A stretch of DNA of 64,000 nt. Source: Thermoproteota archaeon. GTDB taxonomy: Archaea; Korarchaeota; Korarchaeia; Korarchaeales; Korarchaeaceae. Numbering within the stretch: position 1 is the first letter of the stretch; the number at the start of each line of letters is the position of its first letter. The position numbers were made by a program, and so were the translations under genes. Below are positions 38,020 through 48,205 of this stretch, one piece after another. The notes beneath the pieces were generated by a model that worked only from the letters and a program-made list of their open reading frames with translations, did no database searches and was not told the origin of the DNA. Location of the stretch: positions 192,001 to 256,000 of the forward strand of contig JAOZGC010000002.1 in NCBI GenBank assembly GCA_027491915.1, in the 5' to 3' direction.

Positions 38020-38384
38020 AGCCTGACCGACCCCCCTTCCCCCCTCTCGGCCCTGATCTCCACCGACCCGGAGAGTATCCCGGACTCCACCGTGATCGGG
38101 ACCCCCACGTTCAGCACCCTCGAGAATCCGCCCGAACTCAGTACGATGGATCTCCCCCCTCCCGAGACCTCAACCTCGCAGCTGAGGAAGGCCTCCGCCC
38201 TCCCGAAACCGGACGCCTCCGCCTCCGCGGCCGCCGACCTCAGGGCCGACTCGAGCGCCATGACGCACTCCCTCCTGGACTCCGCCTCGATGAGGTTCAA
38301 CTCTCCCAGGATCCTCGGGGCCGCGGCCAGCAGCACCCCAACCGACAGGAGCCCCAGGGCCGCGTACTCGACTACCTCCTCCAC
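38004..38384 (-). CDS. Pilin-like protein
   Basis: GTG 38384, EEVVEYAALGLLSVGVLLAA, then the AAAEAEASGFG pattern also seen in 48205..48696. Confidence 0.55.
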   Translation of the reverse strand: MEEVVEYAALGLLSVGVLLAAAPRILGELNLIEAESRRECVMALESALRSAAAEAEASGFGRAEAFLSCEVEVSGGGRSIVLSSGGFSRVLNVGVPITVESGILSGSVEIRAERGEGGSVRLWLGG

Positions 38385-38460
38385 ACCCCCACGCCGCGAG
38401 AGGGGAGCAATCGGCCGCGGCGGCGGAAAAAGTAATACGCCCGCCGCCCCCAGCCGGCGC

Positions 38461-39003
38461 GTGCCCTCCACGGTTGAGGATCACCGAGAGAGATCGAAGA
38501 CCACCCTCAGGTTTGCCGTGGTGACCGTGAGCTCCTCCAGGGCCGCGGGTCGACCCGAGCCGGATGTGTCTGGGAGCCTCGCGGAGAGGTTGATCCGGGA
38601 GGCCGGCCACGAGGTGTCCGTGAGGGCCGTGGTGCCCGACTCCGTGGTGGCGATCAGGAGGACCGTCTCCCTCTGCGCCTCCGAGTCGGACGTGGTCCTC
38701 CTACTGGGGGGGACCGGGATTCACCCCCAGGACGTCACCCCGGAGGCCTGCAGATCCCTGTTCTCTGTGGAGATGCCGGGATTCGGCGAGATCTTCAGGA
38801 CGATCAGCTTCGAGGAGGTGGGATCCGCGGCCTTCCTGAGCAGGGCGTGCGCCGGGAGGATCGGGGGGTCGGTGGTGTTCTGCCTTCCGGGATCCCCGGG
38901 GGCGGTGGAGGTGGCCCTCAGGAGGCTGATAATCCCCGAGGCGGCCCACGCCGTGTGGACCGCCCGGGGCTACTCCAAGGTGAGGTCCAGGCCCGGGGGG
39001 TAG
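38461..39003 (+). CDS. moaB: Molybdopterin adenylyltransferase MoaB/MogA
   Basis: AVVTVSSSR, DVSG, VVPD, GGTGIHPQDVTPEA, MPGFGEIFR, LSRACAG, LPGSPGAV. Confidence 0.92.
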   Translation: MPSTVEDHRERSKTTLRFAVVTVSSSRAAGRPEPDVSGSLAERLIREAGHEVSVRAVVPDSVVAIRRTVSLCASESDVVLLLGGTGIHPQDVTPEACRSLFSVEMPGFGEIFRTISFEEVGSAAFLSRACAGRIGGSVVFCLPGSPGAVEVALRRLIIPEAAHAVWTARGYSKVRSRPGG

Positions 39004-40961
39004 ATCACCCGACCGGTCTCGGGCCCCACCTCCATACCCGGCAGGGACTCCAGCGCCTCGGCGAACTTCCCAGACCTCAGGATCCTGATGGCGGCCCTCA
39101 CGCCCTCCTTACCCAGCCTGTCCCTCCTGACCAGCAGGTCGTACCACTCCTCGGCCAGGGGGATGAAGTCCAGTCCGTAGGCCGCGGCAGCCGCCTCTAT
39201 CCCCACGCCAACGTCGGCCAAGCCGGCCCTCACCGCGGCCGCCACGGCCCCGTGGGACTTGGCCCCGGTGGTGTATCCCCTTATAGCGGAGGCGGCGCGC
39301 TCCGAGTCTACCCCCTCCATCTCCAGCAGCCGATCCAGGAGCATCCTGGTGCCGGACCCGGGGTTCCGGTTGATCATGGTCAGGTCCCCCCTGAGCAGGT
39401 CTCCTATCCCACCGACGCCCTTGGGGTTTCCCGGAGGGACCATGAGGCCCTGTCTCCTCTTGTAACCCCTGACTAGTATGGCCTTGTCCTTCAATCCGTA
39501 TCTCCCGATGTAGGGGACGTTGTACTCCCCCGTCTCCGGGTCCAGCGCGTGGACCCCCGCCAGGTCGGCCTCCCCCCTCCTCACCGCCGAGAAACCCCCC
39601 GTCGTCCCGACCGCCACGAACTTGACCTTCATCCCGGTTTCAGACCTGAGGATGTAGATCAGCCTCTCCAGCCCGATGCAGTGGCTGCCCACGACGCTGA
39701 GATCGGCCACCCGGATCCCTGGAGAAAACAGCCTGACGGTGATCCTGCTTCCCTCCCCGAGGAAACTGATCCCCTCCCTCTTCTCCACGAACCCGTCGGC
39801 CCTCGCCAGGGTCGATATGGCCTCGGATCCCGTGGGGACCGGGAAGGCCAGGAACCCCCCATCCGAGTCCCTCACCAGGTGGACCGGCAGGAAGCCGCGC
39901 CTTCCCACGTCCCCCTCTATCCTCTCGGCGGCCGTCGCCTCCACCTCGCCTCCCGGCGGGGACTCGCCGAGGCCGGCCATCCTCCTGACCGCCAGAGAGG
40001 CCAGCAGCCTGTAGGCCGTTAGCGAGCTGGTCGGGTTGCCCGGCAGCCCGAATATGAGCTTCCCCCGGGCGGCTCCGACGACGGTGGGCTTGCCCGGCTG
40101 GATGGCCACCCCGTGTATCAGGATCCCCGGGGGACCCAGCCTGTCCACGACCCTGTACATGACGTCTCCGGCCCCGGCGCTGGTGCTCCCGGAGAATATC
40201 ACCAGGTCGGCGACCTCCAGCCCCCTCCGGACGGCCCCCTCTATCTCCTCTTCGTCGTCCGGCACTATGCCGAGGTCGATGGGCACCCCTCCATCCCTCC
40301 TGACGGCCGCCGATATGACGTACCTGTTCACGTCCCTTATCTGGCCGTACTCGAGCTCCTCCCAGGGCTCCCTCAGCTCGTCTCCCGTGCTCCCGACGGC
40401 CACCCTGGGTTTGGCGAAGACCCTAACCCTCCTCCTCCCAGAGGCGGCCAGGATCCCCACCTCAGCCGGGCCGAGGAGGGAGCCGGCCGTCAGCACGGTC
40501 TCTCCCACCCTCACGTCCCCGCCGGCGGACTGAACGTTCTCCCCCGGGGTGACAGATCGATACACCATGAGCTCATCTCCCAACCTGTGGGTCCTCTCCA
40601 CCATGACGACGGCGTCAGCGCCCCGGGGGATGGGCGCCCCCGTGGCTATCTCCACGGCCTCGCCCTCTCCGACCTCTCCGAGATAGGGGTGCCCGGCGCT
40701 CGCCCTCCCAATCACCCTGAGGGAGATCGGCCTGTCCTCGTCGGCCCCGTAGGTGTCGGCTGCCCTCACGGCGAACCCGTCCTTGGTGGACCTGTCGAAG
40801 GGCGGGACGTCCACCTCGGAGTAGACGTCCTCGGCGAGCGCCCTCCCCAGCACCCCATCCAGGCTCACCTCTTCCACCTTCGGCTCGGGGACGTTCTCCC
40901 TGATGATCGCGATGGCCTCCTCCAGGGAGGCCAACCTCCTGTAGACCCTCCTCCCGCCCAC
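38970..40961 (-). CDS. moeA: MoeA fused to a C-terminal periplasmic-binding-protein (PBP)-like domain
   Basis: VPPFDRSTKDGFAV, IATGAPIP, STGDEL, QPGKP, LPGNP, then GSHCIG, RRQGL, NRNPGSGTR. Confidence 0.93.
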   Translation of the reverse strand: MGGRRVYRRLASLEEAIAIIRENVPEPKVEEVSLDGVLGRALAEDVYSEVDVPPFDRSTKDGFAVRAADTYGADEDRPISLRVIGRASAGHPYLGEVGEGEAVEIATGAPIPRGADAVVMVERTHRLGDELMVYRSVTPGENVQSAGGDVRVGETVLTAGSLLGPAEVGILAASGRRRVRVFAKPRVAVGSTGDELREPWEELEYGQIRDVNRYVISAAVRRDGGVPIDLGIVPDDEEEIEGAVRRGLEVADLVIFSGSTSAGAGDVMYRVVDRLGPPGILIHGVAIQPGKPTVVGAARGKLIFGLPGNPTSSLTAYRLLASLAVRRMAGLGESPPGGEVEATAAERIEGDVGRRGFLPVHLVRDSDGGFLAFPVPTGSEAISTLARADGFVEKREGISFLGEGSRITVRLFSPGIRVADLSVVGSHCIGLERLIYILRSETGMKVKFVAVGTTGGFSAVRRGEADLAGVHALDPETGEYNVPYIGRYGLKDKAILVRGYKRRQGLMVPPGNPKGVGGIGDLLRGDLTMINRNPGSGTRMLLDRLLEMEGVDSERAASAIRGYTTGAKSHGAVAAAVRAGLADVGVGIEAAAAAYGLDFIPLAEEWYDLLVRRDRLGKEGVRAAIRILRSGKFAEALESLPGMEVGPETGRVIYPPGLDLTLE

Positions 40962-40974
40962 CCGGCCTCCCCCC

Positions 40975-42282
40975 TCAGGGCGACGGCAGCCCCTGGATCT
41001 CGAGGCGAGTATACCTCCTGAGCAGCAGGGCGTCGACGGTGGATCCTGCGGGGAGGCCCTCCACGTCTCCCGGAACCACCACCACGGCGTCCGCGGCCGT
41101 CAGGGATGAGAGTATCCCGGAACCGGAGACCCTGACCGGATCGGCCCAGATCCCACCCCCCTCGTCGGCGCTCAACCTCACCCGGACGAAGTGGGTCATC
41201 CCGACCCTGGTGGTCACGGGGCGCGTCAGGCGCGCCTCCACGACCGCCGGCGCCGGCCTACCGGAGACGCCCCTGAGCCTGTCCAGGGTCGGCCCGACGA
41301 ACAGCCAGAGGTCGACGGCGGCCGCCACGGGATATCCTGGGAGGGCTATGAGGGGGCGGCCGCGCGGGAGCCTGGCCAGCAGGACCGGCCGCCCGGGCAT
41401 CGCGGCCACGCCGTGGACCAGCACTTCTCCCCCAATCTCCTCCACCGCCCTGAAGATCAGGTCTCCCCTCCCCACGCTGGTTCCCCCGGTGGTCAGGATC
41501 ACCTCGTGACCGTCCTCGGCCGACTCCAGGATCTTGGCTATCTCCCCCGGATCGTCCCCTACCATCCCCAGGTAATCGAGATCCGCCCCCCTCTCCCTCA
41601 CCCAAGATCCCACCAGATACCTCAGGGAGTTGGGGACCTTCCCGGGGACCCAATCCCCCCCCACCTCGAATATCTCGTCTCCGGTGCAGATTAGCGCCGC
41701 CCTGGGCCGGAGGTAGACTTCCACGGAGTCCACGTTGAGCTGGGCGAGCAGGCCCAGCTCGTATGGGCCCAGGACCCTCCCCCCCTCAAGGACGACGCTT
41801 CCCCTCTCCACGTCCTCCCCGGGCCTGGCCACGTTGGCCCAGGGGGGGACCTGGGAGTACACCTCGACAGCGCCTCCCACCTCCTCCGCCTGCTCCACCG
41901 GAACCACCGCGTCGCACCACTCAGGCAGGTAGGCCCCTGTGTATATCCTGATGGCCCCCATCTTCCCCCCATCTCCGGATCGGCGCGGAATCTCCCCCGG
42001 TCTGACCTCCCCCTCCAGCCTCAGGATCACGGGGGCCTGCCTGGAGGCCCCGTACGTGTTCGCCGCCCTGACCGCGTACCCGTCCATGGCGGCCCTAGGC
42101 GCGGGTGGTACTTCTACCGGAGACCTGAGGTCTCCGGCGAGCACCCTGCCGAGGGCCAGTTCCAGCGGGACCACCTCTCTCCCCCTCGGGGAGAGATCGA
42201 ACTCGGAGGAGAATCTCTCCCAGGCCTCTTCTATACCCATCAGCTCGCCGAACCCCCTCCACACGTGGCCCAGGGCGATCAC
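40975..42282 (-). CDS. moeA: Molybdopterin molybdotransferase MoeA (second paralog)
   Basis: RAAMDGYAV, IYTGAYLP, CTGDEI, TTGGTSVG, MPGRP, LPGYP. Start inferred at GTG 42282 after TTTAAA. Confidence 0.92.
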   Translation of the reverse strand: MIALGHVWRGFGELMGIEEAWERFSSEFDLSPRGREVVPLELALGRVLAGDLRSPVEVPPAPRAAMDGYAVRAANTYGASRQAPVILRLEGEVRPGEIPRRSGDGGKMGAIRIYTGAYLPEWCDAVVPVEQAEEVGGAVEVYSQVPPWANVARPGEDVERGSVVLEGGRVLGPYELGLLAQLNVDSVEVYLRPRAALICTGDEIFEVGGDWVPGKVPNSLRYLVGSWVRERGADLDYLGMVGDDPGEIAKILESAEDGHEVILTTGGTSVGRGDLIFRAVEEIGGEVLVHGVAAMPGRPVLLARLPRGRPLIALPGYPVAAAVDLWLFVGPTLDRLRGVSGRPAPAVVEARLTRPVTTRVGMTHFVRVRLSADEGGGIWADPVRVSGSGILSSLTAADAVVVVPGDVEGLPAGSTVDALLLRRYTRLEIQGLPSP

Positions 42283-42336
42283 CCGCCGCCCGCCCGATCC
42301 CCCCGATTTTAAATCGGTCGCCCCGGACCAGTCCCC

Positions 42337-43077
42337 GTGGGCGGCACCCTGCTCGAGATCCTGTCGGAGGTAGCCGCGGAGACCTCGGGGGAGGCCGTCG
42401 CGTCGGAGGTTATCGTGAGCTTCCCATACACCGGCGTCCTGTCGGAGTCCGGGCTTGGGGTCTCTCCCACCATCCTGGAGCCCCCCAGATCCTTGAGCAT
42501 CGAGCCCGGAACCGCGTCGGGCAGGCCGCTGGGGGACCTGCTTAGACTGGCCTCCTCCCCCCTGGGGATGGACTCCTCCCTGGCCCTGGCGGCCGTTAAC
42601 TCTGCGATCCAGCCGCCTCCCGAGGCCGAGCCCCTCGACGCGCTGGAGGCCGTGGGCCTGAACCCTTCGGACGAGGTCTGCGTCATAGGAGGCTTCCCCG
42701 AGGATTACCTGGCAGCGGCGAGGAGGAGGTGTCGGAGGCTGTGGGTCTTCGAGAGGCCTCCGAGGATGAGGAGGGATACCCTGCCCGACTGGGCCGAGGA
42801 GATGCTGGTCCCGAGGTGCACCGTCCTCCTCGCCACCGGGCTGACGGTCGCCAACAGGACCATAGACAGGCTTATCGAGCTCGCGTCCAACGCCAGGGAG
42901 GTGGCCCTGATCGGCCCGAGTGTCCCCATGCACCCGGACTCCCTGAGGGAGGCGGGTATCACGGTCGCCGCGGGCGCGAGGTTCACGGACCCCCGCGGGG
43001 CCGCGGTCGCCGTGAGGGAGGGAGGGGGCACCCCCTCCCTGAGGAGGTTCTCCGAGAAGGTGGTTCTGAGGCTGTAA
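42337..43077 (+). CDS. DUF364/Rossmann-like putative metal-chelation protein
   Basis: LALAAVNS, VCVIGGF, WVFER, ATGLTVANRTIDRL, IGPSVPM. Confidence 0.75.
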   Translation: MGGTLLEILSEVAAETSGEAVASEVIVSFPYTGVLSESGLGVSPTILEPPRSLSIEPGTASGRPLGDLLRLASSPLGMDSSLALAAVNSAIQPPPEAEPLDALEAVGLNPSDEVCVIGGFPEDYLAAARRRCRRLWVFERPPRMRRDTLPDWAEEMLVPRCTVLLATGLTVANRTIDRLIELASNAREVALIGPSVPMHPDSLREAGITVAAGARFTDPRGAAVAVREGGGTPSLRRFSEKVVLRL

Positions 43078-43081
43078 TGCC

Positions 43082-44650
43082 TCAGTGGACGAAGAAGAGC
43101 ATCACGAAGGTCCCCAGCGGTAGGAAGGCCAACTCCCTGAGGGAGGACGTGACGTGGCCCGTCCTGACCGTCCCCAGGCTGAGGGCCATGACCACCGTCT
43201 GGACCACGGCCTGCATCATCAGGGCCCCCCTTATGGACTCGGTCGCCATCTGCGATATGGATTCGAGGTTCATCACGTTGAACAGCAGGGTGTAGGACCC
43301 GAGGACCAGCAGGAACGCGACCGTGGCGGTCAGATAGTTCCCCGTCTTCGTCCCCTCGGTCTCTATCCAGAGCTCCCTAATCCTGGTCGAGAAGCTGGCT
43401 ATGGTGGCGAAGGTCTCCTCCAGGTCGGCCCCGGCCTCCAGGGCCTTTATTATCAGGAGGGCGCTCATTCTGGACACGCTGTACCTGAGCTCCTCCGCTA
43501 TCCTGGACAGGATCAGGGGGTAGGGGAGCTTCAGGCTGGCCCATGCCTTCATCTTCGTGCCGAGGGTCTTCAGGTGCCTGTAGGGTATCTTCATCTCCCT
43601 TATGGCGTCGCCGAATGCCCTGCCCCCCCTGAGCTCCGAGAACAGGTCCGCCAGGAGGAGGGGAAAGTCGAAGGACTGCCCCCTGAAGGTGACCTCCTCC
43701 CCCCTTATCGTCAGCCACCCGGCCAGCCCGCCCGCGGCCACCGCCGCCGAAATCGCGTGATATATCGTCATCTGCGCCGGGAGGATCCCCCTGTCCAGGG
43801 CGAAGAACATCCCGGCGAACGTCATCAACCCTACCCCGAACGCCGTCGCCCACCCGTGCACCACCGTCTCGCTCCTGAAGCTGAAGAACCTCACCGAGAA
43901 GATCTTGAACATGCTCACGAAGATCGGGGTGGGGACCAGGGTCGTCAGGAGTGTGGAGTACATGGCCTCGGTCGGGACCTGGCCCTGCTCTACCAGGGCC
44001 TGGAAGGCGAACATCATCATCATCACGAACGGGAAGACCGTGGAAGATAGGGTGTATATGATCAGTATCATCATCAGCCTCTCCGTGGTCTGCCTCATGG
44101 CAATCATGGACCTCTCGACCGACTCGTCCAGCTCGGTCTTGAGCATCTCCTCGACCGCCTCTCCCCTGGTGGCCAGGTAGTCGGCCAGCCTGGAATATAT
44201 CCTGGCCCAGAACCTGGACGGAGAGAGCCTCCTGTTTATGGCCAACCCCTTCAGGGTCCCCGCCCCCTCCAGCCTGCCCGCCGCCCTGGTGAAGTACTCC
44301 CTGGCCTCCGGGTCGGGGGATATGGATCCTGCCGCCCTGAGGCTGCTGCTGACGGATCTGCCCACCTTCTGGAGCACCCATATGGTGGCCAGGTAGGCCC
44401 AGAGGTCCTTCTCTATCTTGCTGGCCATGTTCATTGAGTTCAGGAAGGGGGTGAGGGCGTACATCCCAGGTATCATGACGGCCACGACCGCGGCGTAAAG
44501 GGGGTTCTCCATGGACCCCCAGAGCGCGAGGACGGCCGCCAGGGCCGCCGAGGCGGCCGCTATCAGGAGGACCCTCCTGGTGAAGCTCTCGGCCGTCGTG
44601 TCGAACATCCCCGCCTTTATGAGCCTCTCCTCTGATATCAGGGCCACCAT
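43082..44650 (-). CDS. Type IV pilus platform membrane protein (TadC/ArlJ-like, T2SSF domains)
   Basis: Two cytoplasmic helical domains separated by TM bundles, directly downstream of the ATPase. Confidence 0.8.
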   Translation of the reverse strand: MVALISEERLIKAGMFDTTAESFTRRVLLIAAASAALAAVLALWGSMENPLYAAVVAVMIPGMYALTPFLNSMNMASKIEKDLWAYLATIWVLQKVGRSVSSSLRAAGSISPDPEAREYFTRAAGRLEGAGTLKGLAINRRLSPSRFWARIYSRLADYLATRGEAVEEMLKTELDESVERSMIAMRQTTERLMMILIIYTLSSTVFPFVMMMMFAFQALVEQGQVPTEAMYSTLLTTLVPTPIFVSMFKIFSVRFFSFRSETVVHGWATAFGVGLMTFAGMFFALDRGILPAQMTIYHAISAAVAAGGLAGWLTIRGEEVTFRGQSFDFPLLLADLFSELRGGRAFGDAIREMKIPYRHLKTLGTKMKAWASLKLPYPLILSRIAEELRYSVSRMSALLIIKALEAGADLEETFATIASFSTRIRELWIETEGTKTGNYLTATVAFLLVLGSYTLLFNVMNLESISQMATESIRGALMMQAVVQTVVMALSLGTVRTGHVTSSLRELAFLPLGTFVMLFFVH

Positions 44651-44654
44651 CCCT

Positions 44655-46100
44655 CTAACCCGCCCTTGCCTCTATCTCCGGCCCGAGCTTGGCCCCCCTC
44701 GCCACCATATCCTCGAGCCTCTCGGCCTTCTCCAGCAGCTCCTCGGCGATGTCCTGTATGTGTCTATCCTCCTTCTTTGCTATCTCCCTCAGCAGGTAGC
44801 TGTCCCTCAGCGGGTTTCCTATCAGCTCCCCCATCTTCCTGGTGAAGACGTCTCTCAACTCCACATCGCCGTCCACGTACTCTATCTCGGCTATCCTGAC
44901 CACGTACCTGTTTCCCCCCTCCCTCCTGAGCAGGGCGGCCACCTTGAAGTCCGCCACCCTCTCGAGCGGGAGGTTGATGGGGTCGCTCGTCAGCCTGGCT
45001 ATGACCCCCTCCAGGGTGTCCGAGTGGAAGGTGGTTAGGGCCGTGTGGCCCAGGTTGATGAACTGAACCAGGAGTCTGGTCTCCACCCCCCTGCTCTCTC
45101 CCACGACCACGTAGTCGGGTCTCATCCTAAGCACGTCCCTCATCAGGTCCGCTATGCTGAGCCCCGAGGCCGCCGTCCCCGGGGGCTGACCTATGAGCGA
45201 CGTCCAGTTCTTGTGCCTGGGGAGGTATATCTCCGGGGTGTCCTCAACGGTCACTATGTGCCTGTCGGTGGGCAGCAGCGAGAGGAGCGCGTTGAGGAAG
45301 GTGGTCTTCCCGGAACCCGTCTCCCCGACTATGAAGCCGGACATGCCGTGCTCGGCCAGGAGCCAGAGATAGGCTGCGGCCTCCACGGTTATGGTTCCCC
45401 CCGATATGAGCTCCGCTATCCCGGGCCTCTTGACGAACTTCCTTATCGTGAGCGTGGTCCCCCCCTCGCTCGCGACCTGTCCGAACAGGGCGTGGACCCT
45501 GCTCCCATCCGGGAGCTTCCCCTCGAGTCTCGGCTTCGCCAGGGACACCTGCCTGCCAACCCTCTCGGCCAGCTTCAGGACCAGGAGCCTCGCCTCATCC
45601 TCCGTGACCTCTATGTTGGTCTCGTACCATCCCGGCTTGCCCGACAGGACGACGAAGAACCTCTTCGACCCCCTGGCCGGGAGGGTAACGTCCTCCACGT
45701 ACGGGTCCATCATTATGGGCTCGAGCGGGCCGAGTCCCTCGACGTTCCTCCTCAGATAGTACTTGAGCGCCTCCACCGCCCTGTCGAACCTCTCTCCCTT
45801 GGCCTTTGCCTTCCTCTTCTTCAGGACCCTCCTGGCGGCCTCGTCGTACAGCCTCTCCATGGCCTCCAGATCCTCGGGGGTTACCCTGGCCAGCACGTAC
45901 TCCTCCGCCTCCGAGAGGACATCCTCCGGCGGAATTGGGGGCTCGACGACGACGTACCTCTTGCCGACGAGCCCCCTCCAGACGAGCCCCGGGACGAGCT
46001 CCACAACCTCCTCCATCTCCGAGAGGGACCTCCTCCTCTCGTCCCAGGAGTCGGCGAACCTCAACACGTCCTCCCTCTTCTTGCCGCCGAACAATCCCAT
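44655..46100 (-). CDS. Type IV pilus assembly ATPase (VirB11/TadA/ArlI family)
   Basis: GETGSGKTT, TVEDTPEI, LRMRPDYVVVGESRG, GH...TTFH. Confidence 0.93.
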   Translation of the reverse strand: MGLFGGKKREDVLRFADSWDERRRSLSEMEEVVELVPGLVWRGLVGKRYVVVEPPIPPEDVLSEAEEYVLARVTPEDLEAMERLYDEAARRVLKKRKAKAKGERFDRAVEALKYYLRRNVEGLGPLEPIMMDPYVEDVTLPARGSKRFFVVLSGKPGWYETNIEVTEDEARLLVLKLAERVGRQVSLAKPRLEGKLPDGSRVHALFGQVASEGGTTLTIRKFVKRPGIAELISGGTITVEAAAYLWLLAEHGMSGFIVGETGSGKTTFLNALLSLLPTDRHIVTVEDTPEIYLPRHKNWTSLIGQPPGTAASGLSIADLMRDVLRMRPDYVVVGESRGVETRLLVQFINLGHTALTTFHSDTLEGVIARLTSDPINLPLERVADFKVAALLRREGGNRYVVRIAEIEYVDGDVELRDVFTRKMGELIGNPLRDSYLLREIAKKEDRHIQDIAEELLEKAERLEDMVARGAKLGPEIEARAG

Positions 46101-46565
46101 TCAACCGCCTCCCTCCTTGGAGCCTATCACGTTGGCTATCCTAATCTGGAAGGTGCCGTTGTAGGGTCCCATGACCACGTAGATCCTCCCCCCGTACAGC
46201 TTGGGCGGGGCCATCACCGGTATGCCAGAGTAATAGGTGGCCTCCGCCTTGACCCTCGTCTCCCCGAGCACGGTCCTCCCTACGACCCAGACCTCCAGCT
46301 TCCCGGTCCCGTTGACCGGCTGATCCACGTGCACCTCGTAGTGCTTGTCCCGGCTCTCGGGCACCGTTATCTCCGAGACCATAGTCACCACACCGGACTC
46401 GAAGCTCCTCGCCACGAAGGTTATCTCGGCCGCCAGCTTCTCGGCCAGGTCGTTTGCCTCCTGCTGGAGCCTCATGTTGACGAGGGCCGGCCTTATTCCC
46501 AGCAGGTAGAGGGCCATGGTGGAGGCGATGAGCACCAGGACCGCCCACGTGATGGCCGACCTCAA
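46101..46565 (-). CDS. Minor pilin-like protein
   Basis: N-terminal hydrophobic helix, amphipathic helix, beta-rich head; operon context. Confidence 0.65.
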   Translation of the reverse strand: MRSAITWAVLVLIASTMALYLLGIRPALVNMRLQQEANDLAEKLAAEITFVARSFESGVVTMVSEITVPESRDKHYEVHVDQPVNGTGKLEVWVVGRTVLGETRVKAEATYYSGIPVMAPPKLYGGRIYVVMGPYNGTFQIRIANVIGSKEGGG

Positions 46566-47674
46566 GCCCTCGCCCCCGCCTCCACCCTGACTATCAGTAT
46601 GTAGGGGCGGACCATGACCACGTTGTAAGCCCTGGGCCCGCTGGGTCCGACCGCCTCTACCACGAAGATGCCCGGCGTCACCCCGAACGGGTCATCCAGA
46701 TCCCAGATCAGGGCGTTGGAGTCGTTGAGGGTGAGGATCACCAGCCCGTCGGACAGCCTGCGCACGGTCCAGTTCGCCGGGTATATGGGATGGTAGGTGA
46801 GGTGGACCGTCTCCCCCGCGGTGTAAGAGTGATCGGCCGCGTCGAGCCAGTAACCTCCGGGGCTGGCCTCCACGACGGCGGCCACCCTGGAAACCTTCAG
46901 GTTTGCCCCACCCGGGTCGTAGGTGGCCGTCACGTTCACCTGCCCGGCCAGGGGGCAGACCAGTATCGTGTCCCCCGTCCCTGAGTCGGTGCAGGTGACC
47001 ACGTCCTTGGTCTCGTTGAACTCGTATATCATCCCCACGTCGGTCGCGTTGCCCTCCAGGGTCGGGTCTATCAGGGAGCAGACCGCCGGGTTGGCGCACC
47101 TGCCGGCGCAGGTCGTCGCCTCCATGCACTCGAACTTGGCGGATACCGTCACGCTGGAATTCTCTATCGGGAGGCCGTTCCTGGCGTCGTAGTAGACCAC
47201 CATCAGCCTCAGGGGGTCCATGGTCCCAGACTGGGCGCTGGCGTTGTACCACTCCCTCTCGAAGACGATCTCGCTGAGGACCGTCCCGTTCGGCATCACG
47301 TAGACGGGACACGGCTTCTCGGCGATCGACAGCCCGGCGGCCTCCGACCGGTTCAGGTTGTCGAACACCACCGCGGATCCGACGACGGCCGAGCCGTTCG
47401 ACAAGGATAGGTTGACCCTGAGCATGAGCCCCGAGTCCCTGGATATCGCGTCGGCCCACTCGGCCAGGGTCTGGTTCACGTCGGACGCCGGATTCGGGGA
47501 GTAGGCGAACATCCTGACGTAGGCGTACCCCAGCACGGAGGCGGCGCTCCTGGCCACGGCGTACCTGCCCTGGGCCACGTCCACCTGGACCTGGGGCCTC
47601 AGCATGACCACCCCCACCAGGGCGGCCCCTATCAGGGCGACCCCGACTATCGCCTCTATCGGCTCCACGTCCAC
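46562..47674 (-). CDS. Large minor pilin/adhesin with Cys-rich insert
   Basis: PIEAIVGVALIGAALV, CMEATTCAGRCANPAVC, NxS/T sequons. Confidence 0.65.
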   Translation of the reverse strand: MDVEPIEAIVGVALIGAALVGVVMLRPQVQVDVAQGRYAVARSAASVLGYAYVRMFAYSPNPASDVNQTLAEWADAISRDSGLMLRVNLSLSNGSAVVGSAVVFDNLNRSEAAGLSIAEKPCPVYVMPNGTVLSEIVFEREWYNASAQSGTMDPLRLMVVYYDARNGLPIENSSVTVSAKFECMEATTCAGRCANPAVCSLIDPTLEGNATDVGMIYEFNETKDVVTCTDSGTGDTILVCPLAGQVNVTATYDPGGANLKVSRVAAVVEASPGGYWLDAADHSYTAGETVHLTYHPIYPANWTVRRLSDGLVILTLNDSNALIWDLDDPFGVTPGIFVVEAVGPSGPRAYNVVMVRPYILIVRVEAGARA

Positions 47675-47680
47675 CCCGCG

Positions 47681-48205
47681 TCACCCCCCGAACAGGGTCA
47701 CCTCCGCCCTGTAGAGTCCCTCCCCCATGGTGTTCCCGTTCACGGTCGCGTCCCCGGCCAGGTAGACGTACACCTTCTGTCCCACGGCGAACCCCCTGGT
47801 AACCTTCGATCCGAGGATCAGGGACGCCCTCCGGGAGAACTCCCCGGACGACTCGTTGAACCGGTAGAAGGACACCCTCACGTCCAGCCCCCCGGTGGGT
47901 AGGGCCGACTTGAACTGGCCGTAGGTCATGTTGGCCGCCCGCTCCAGCTTGACTGGGTCCACCACGTAGGGCCATATTATCGAGTAGTTGACGCCCTCGT
48001 CCACCAGGGCTAGGCCGACCCTCATCTCCGTGGAGTTCCAGTTGCCAGGTCCCTCGAACACCTGCGCGACCACCAGGCTGGCCGTCTCCTGCATGGCCCT
48101 GGGATTCCTGACCGCCTGGCCCTGCATGATCGACATCGCGAAGGCCCCGAACACGAGCACCGGTATGAGGGATGCCAGAAATGCCACGGCCTTCCTCGTC
48201 CCCAC
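47681..48205 (-). CDS. Minor pilin-like protein
   Basis: RKA followed by a hydrophobic helix; PGNW...VGLA motif. Confidence 0.65.
   Translation of the reverse strand: MGTRKAVAFLASLIPVLVFGAFAMSIMQGQAVRNPRAMQETASLVVAQVFEGPGNWNSTEMRVGLALVDEGVNYSIIWPYVVDPVKLERAANMTYGQFKSALPTGGLDVRVSFYRFNESSGEFSRRASLILGSKVTRGFAVGQKVYVYLAGDATVNGNTMGEGLYRAEVTLFGG

Noticed and set aside
43082-46100. ATPase/platform pair as archaellum arlIJ or a conjugative VirB11
   Set aside because: No arlH/F/G, archaellins, VirB4, relaxase or integrase nearby
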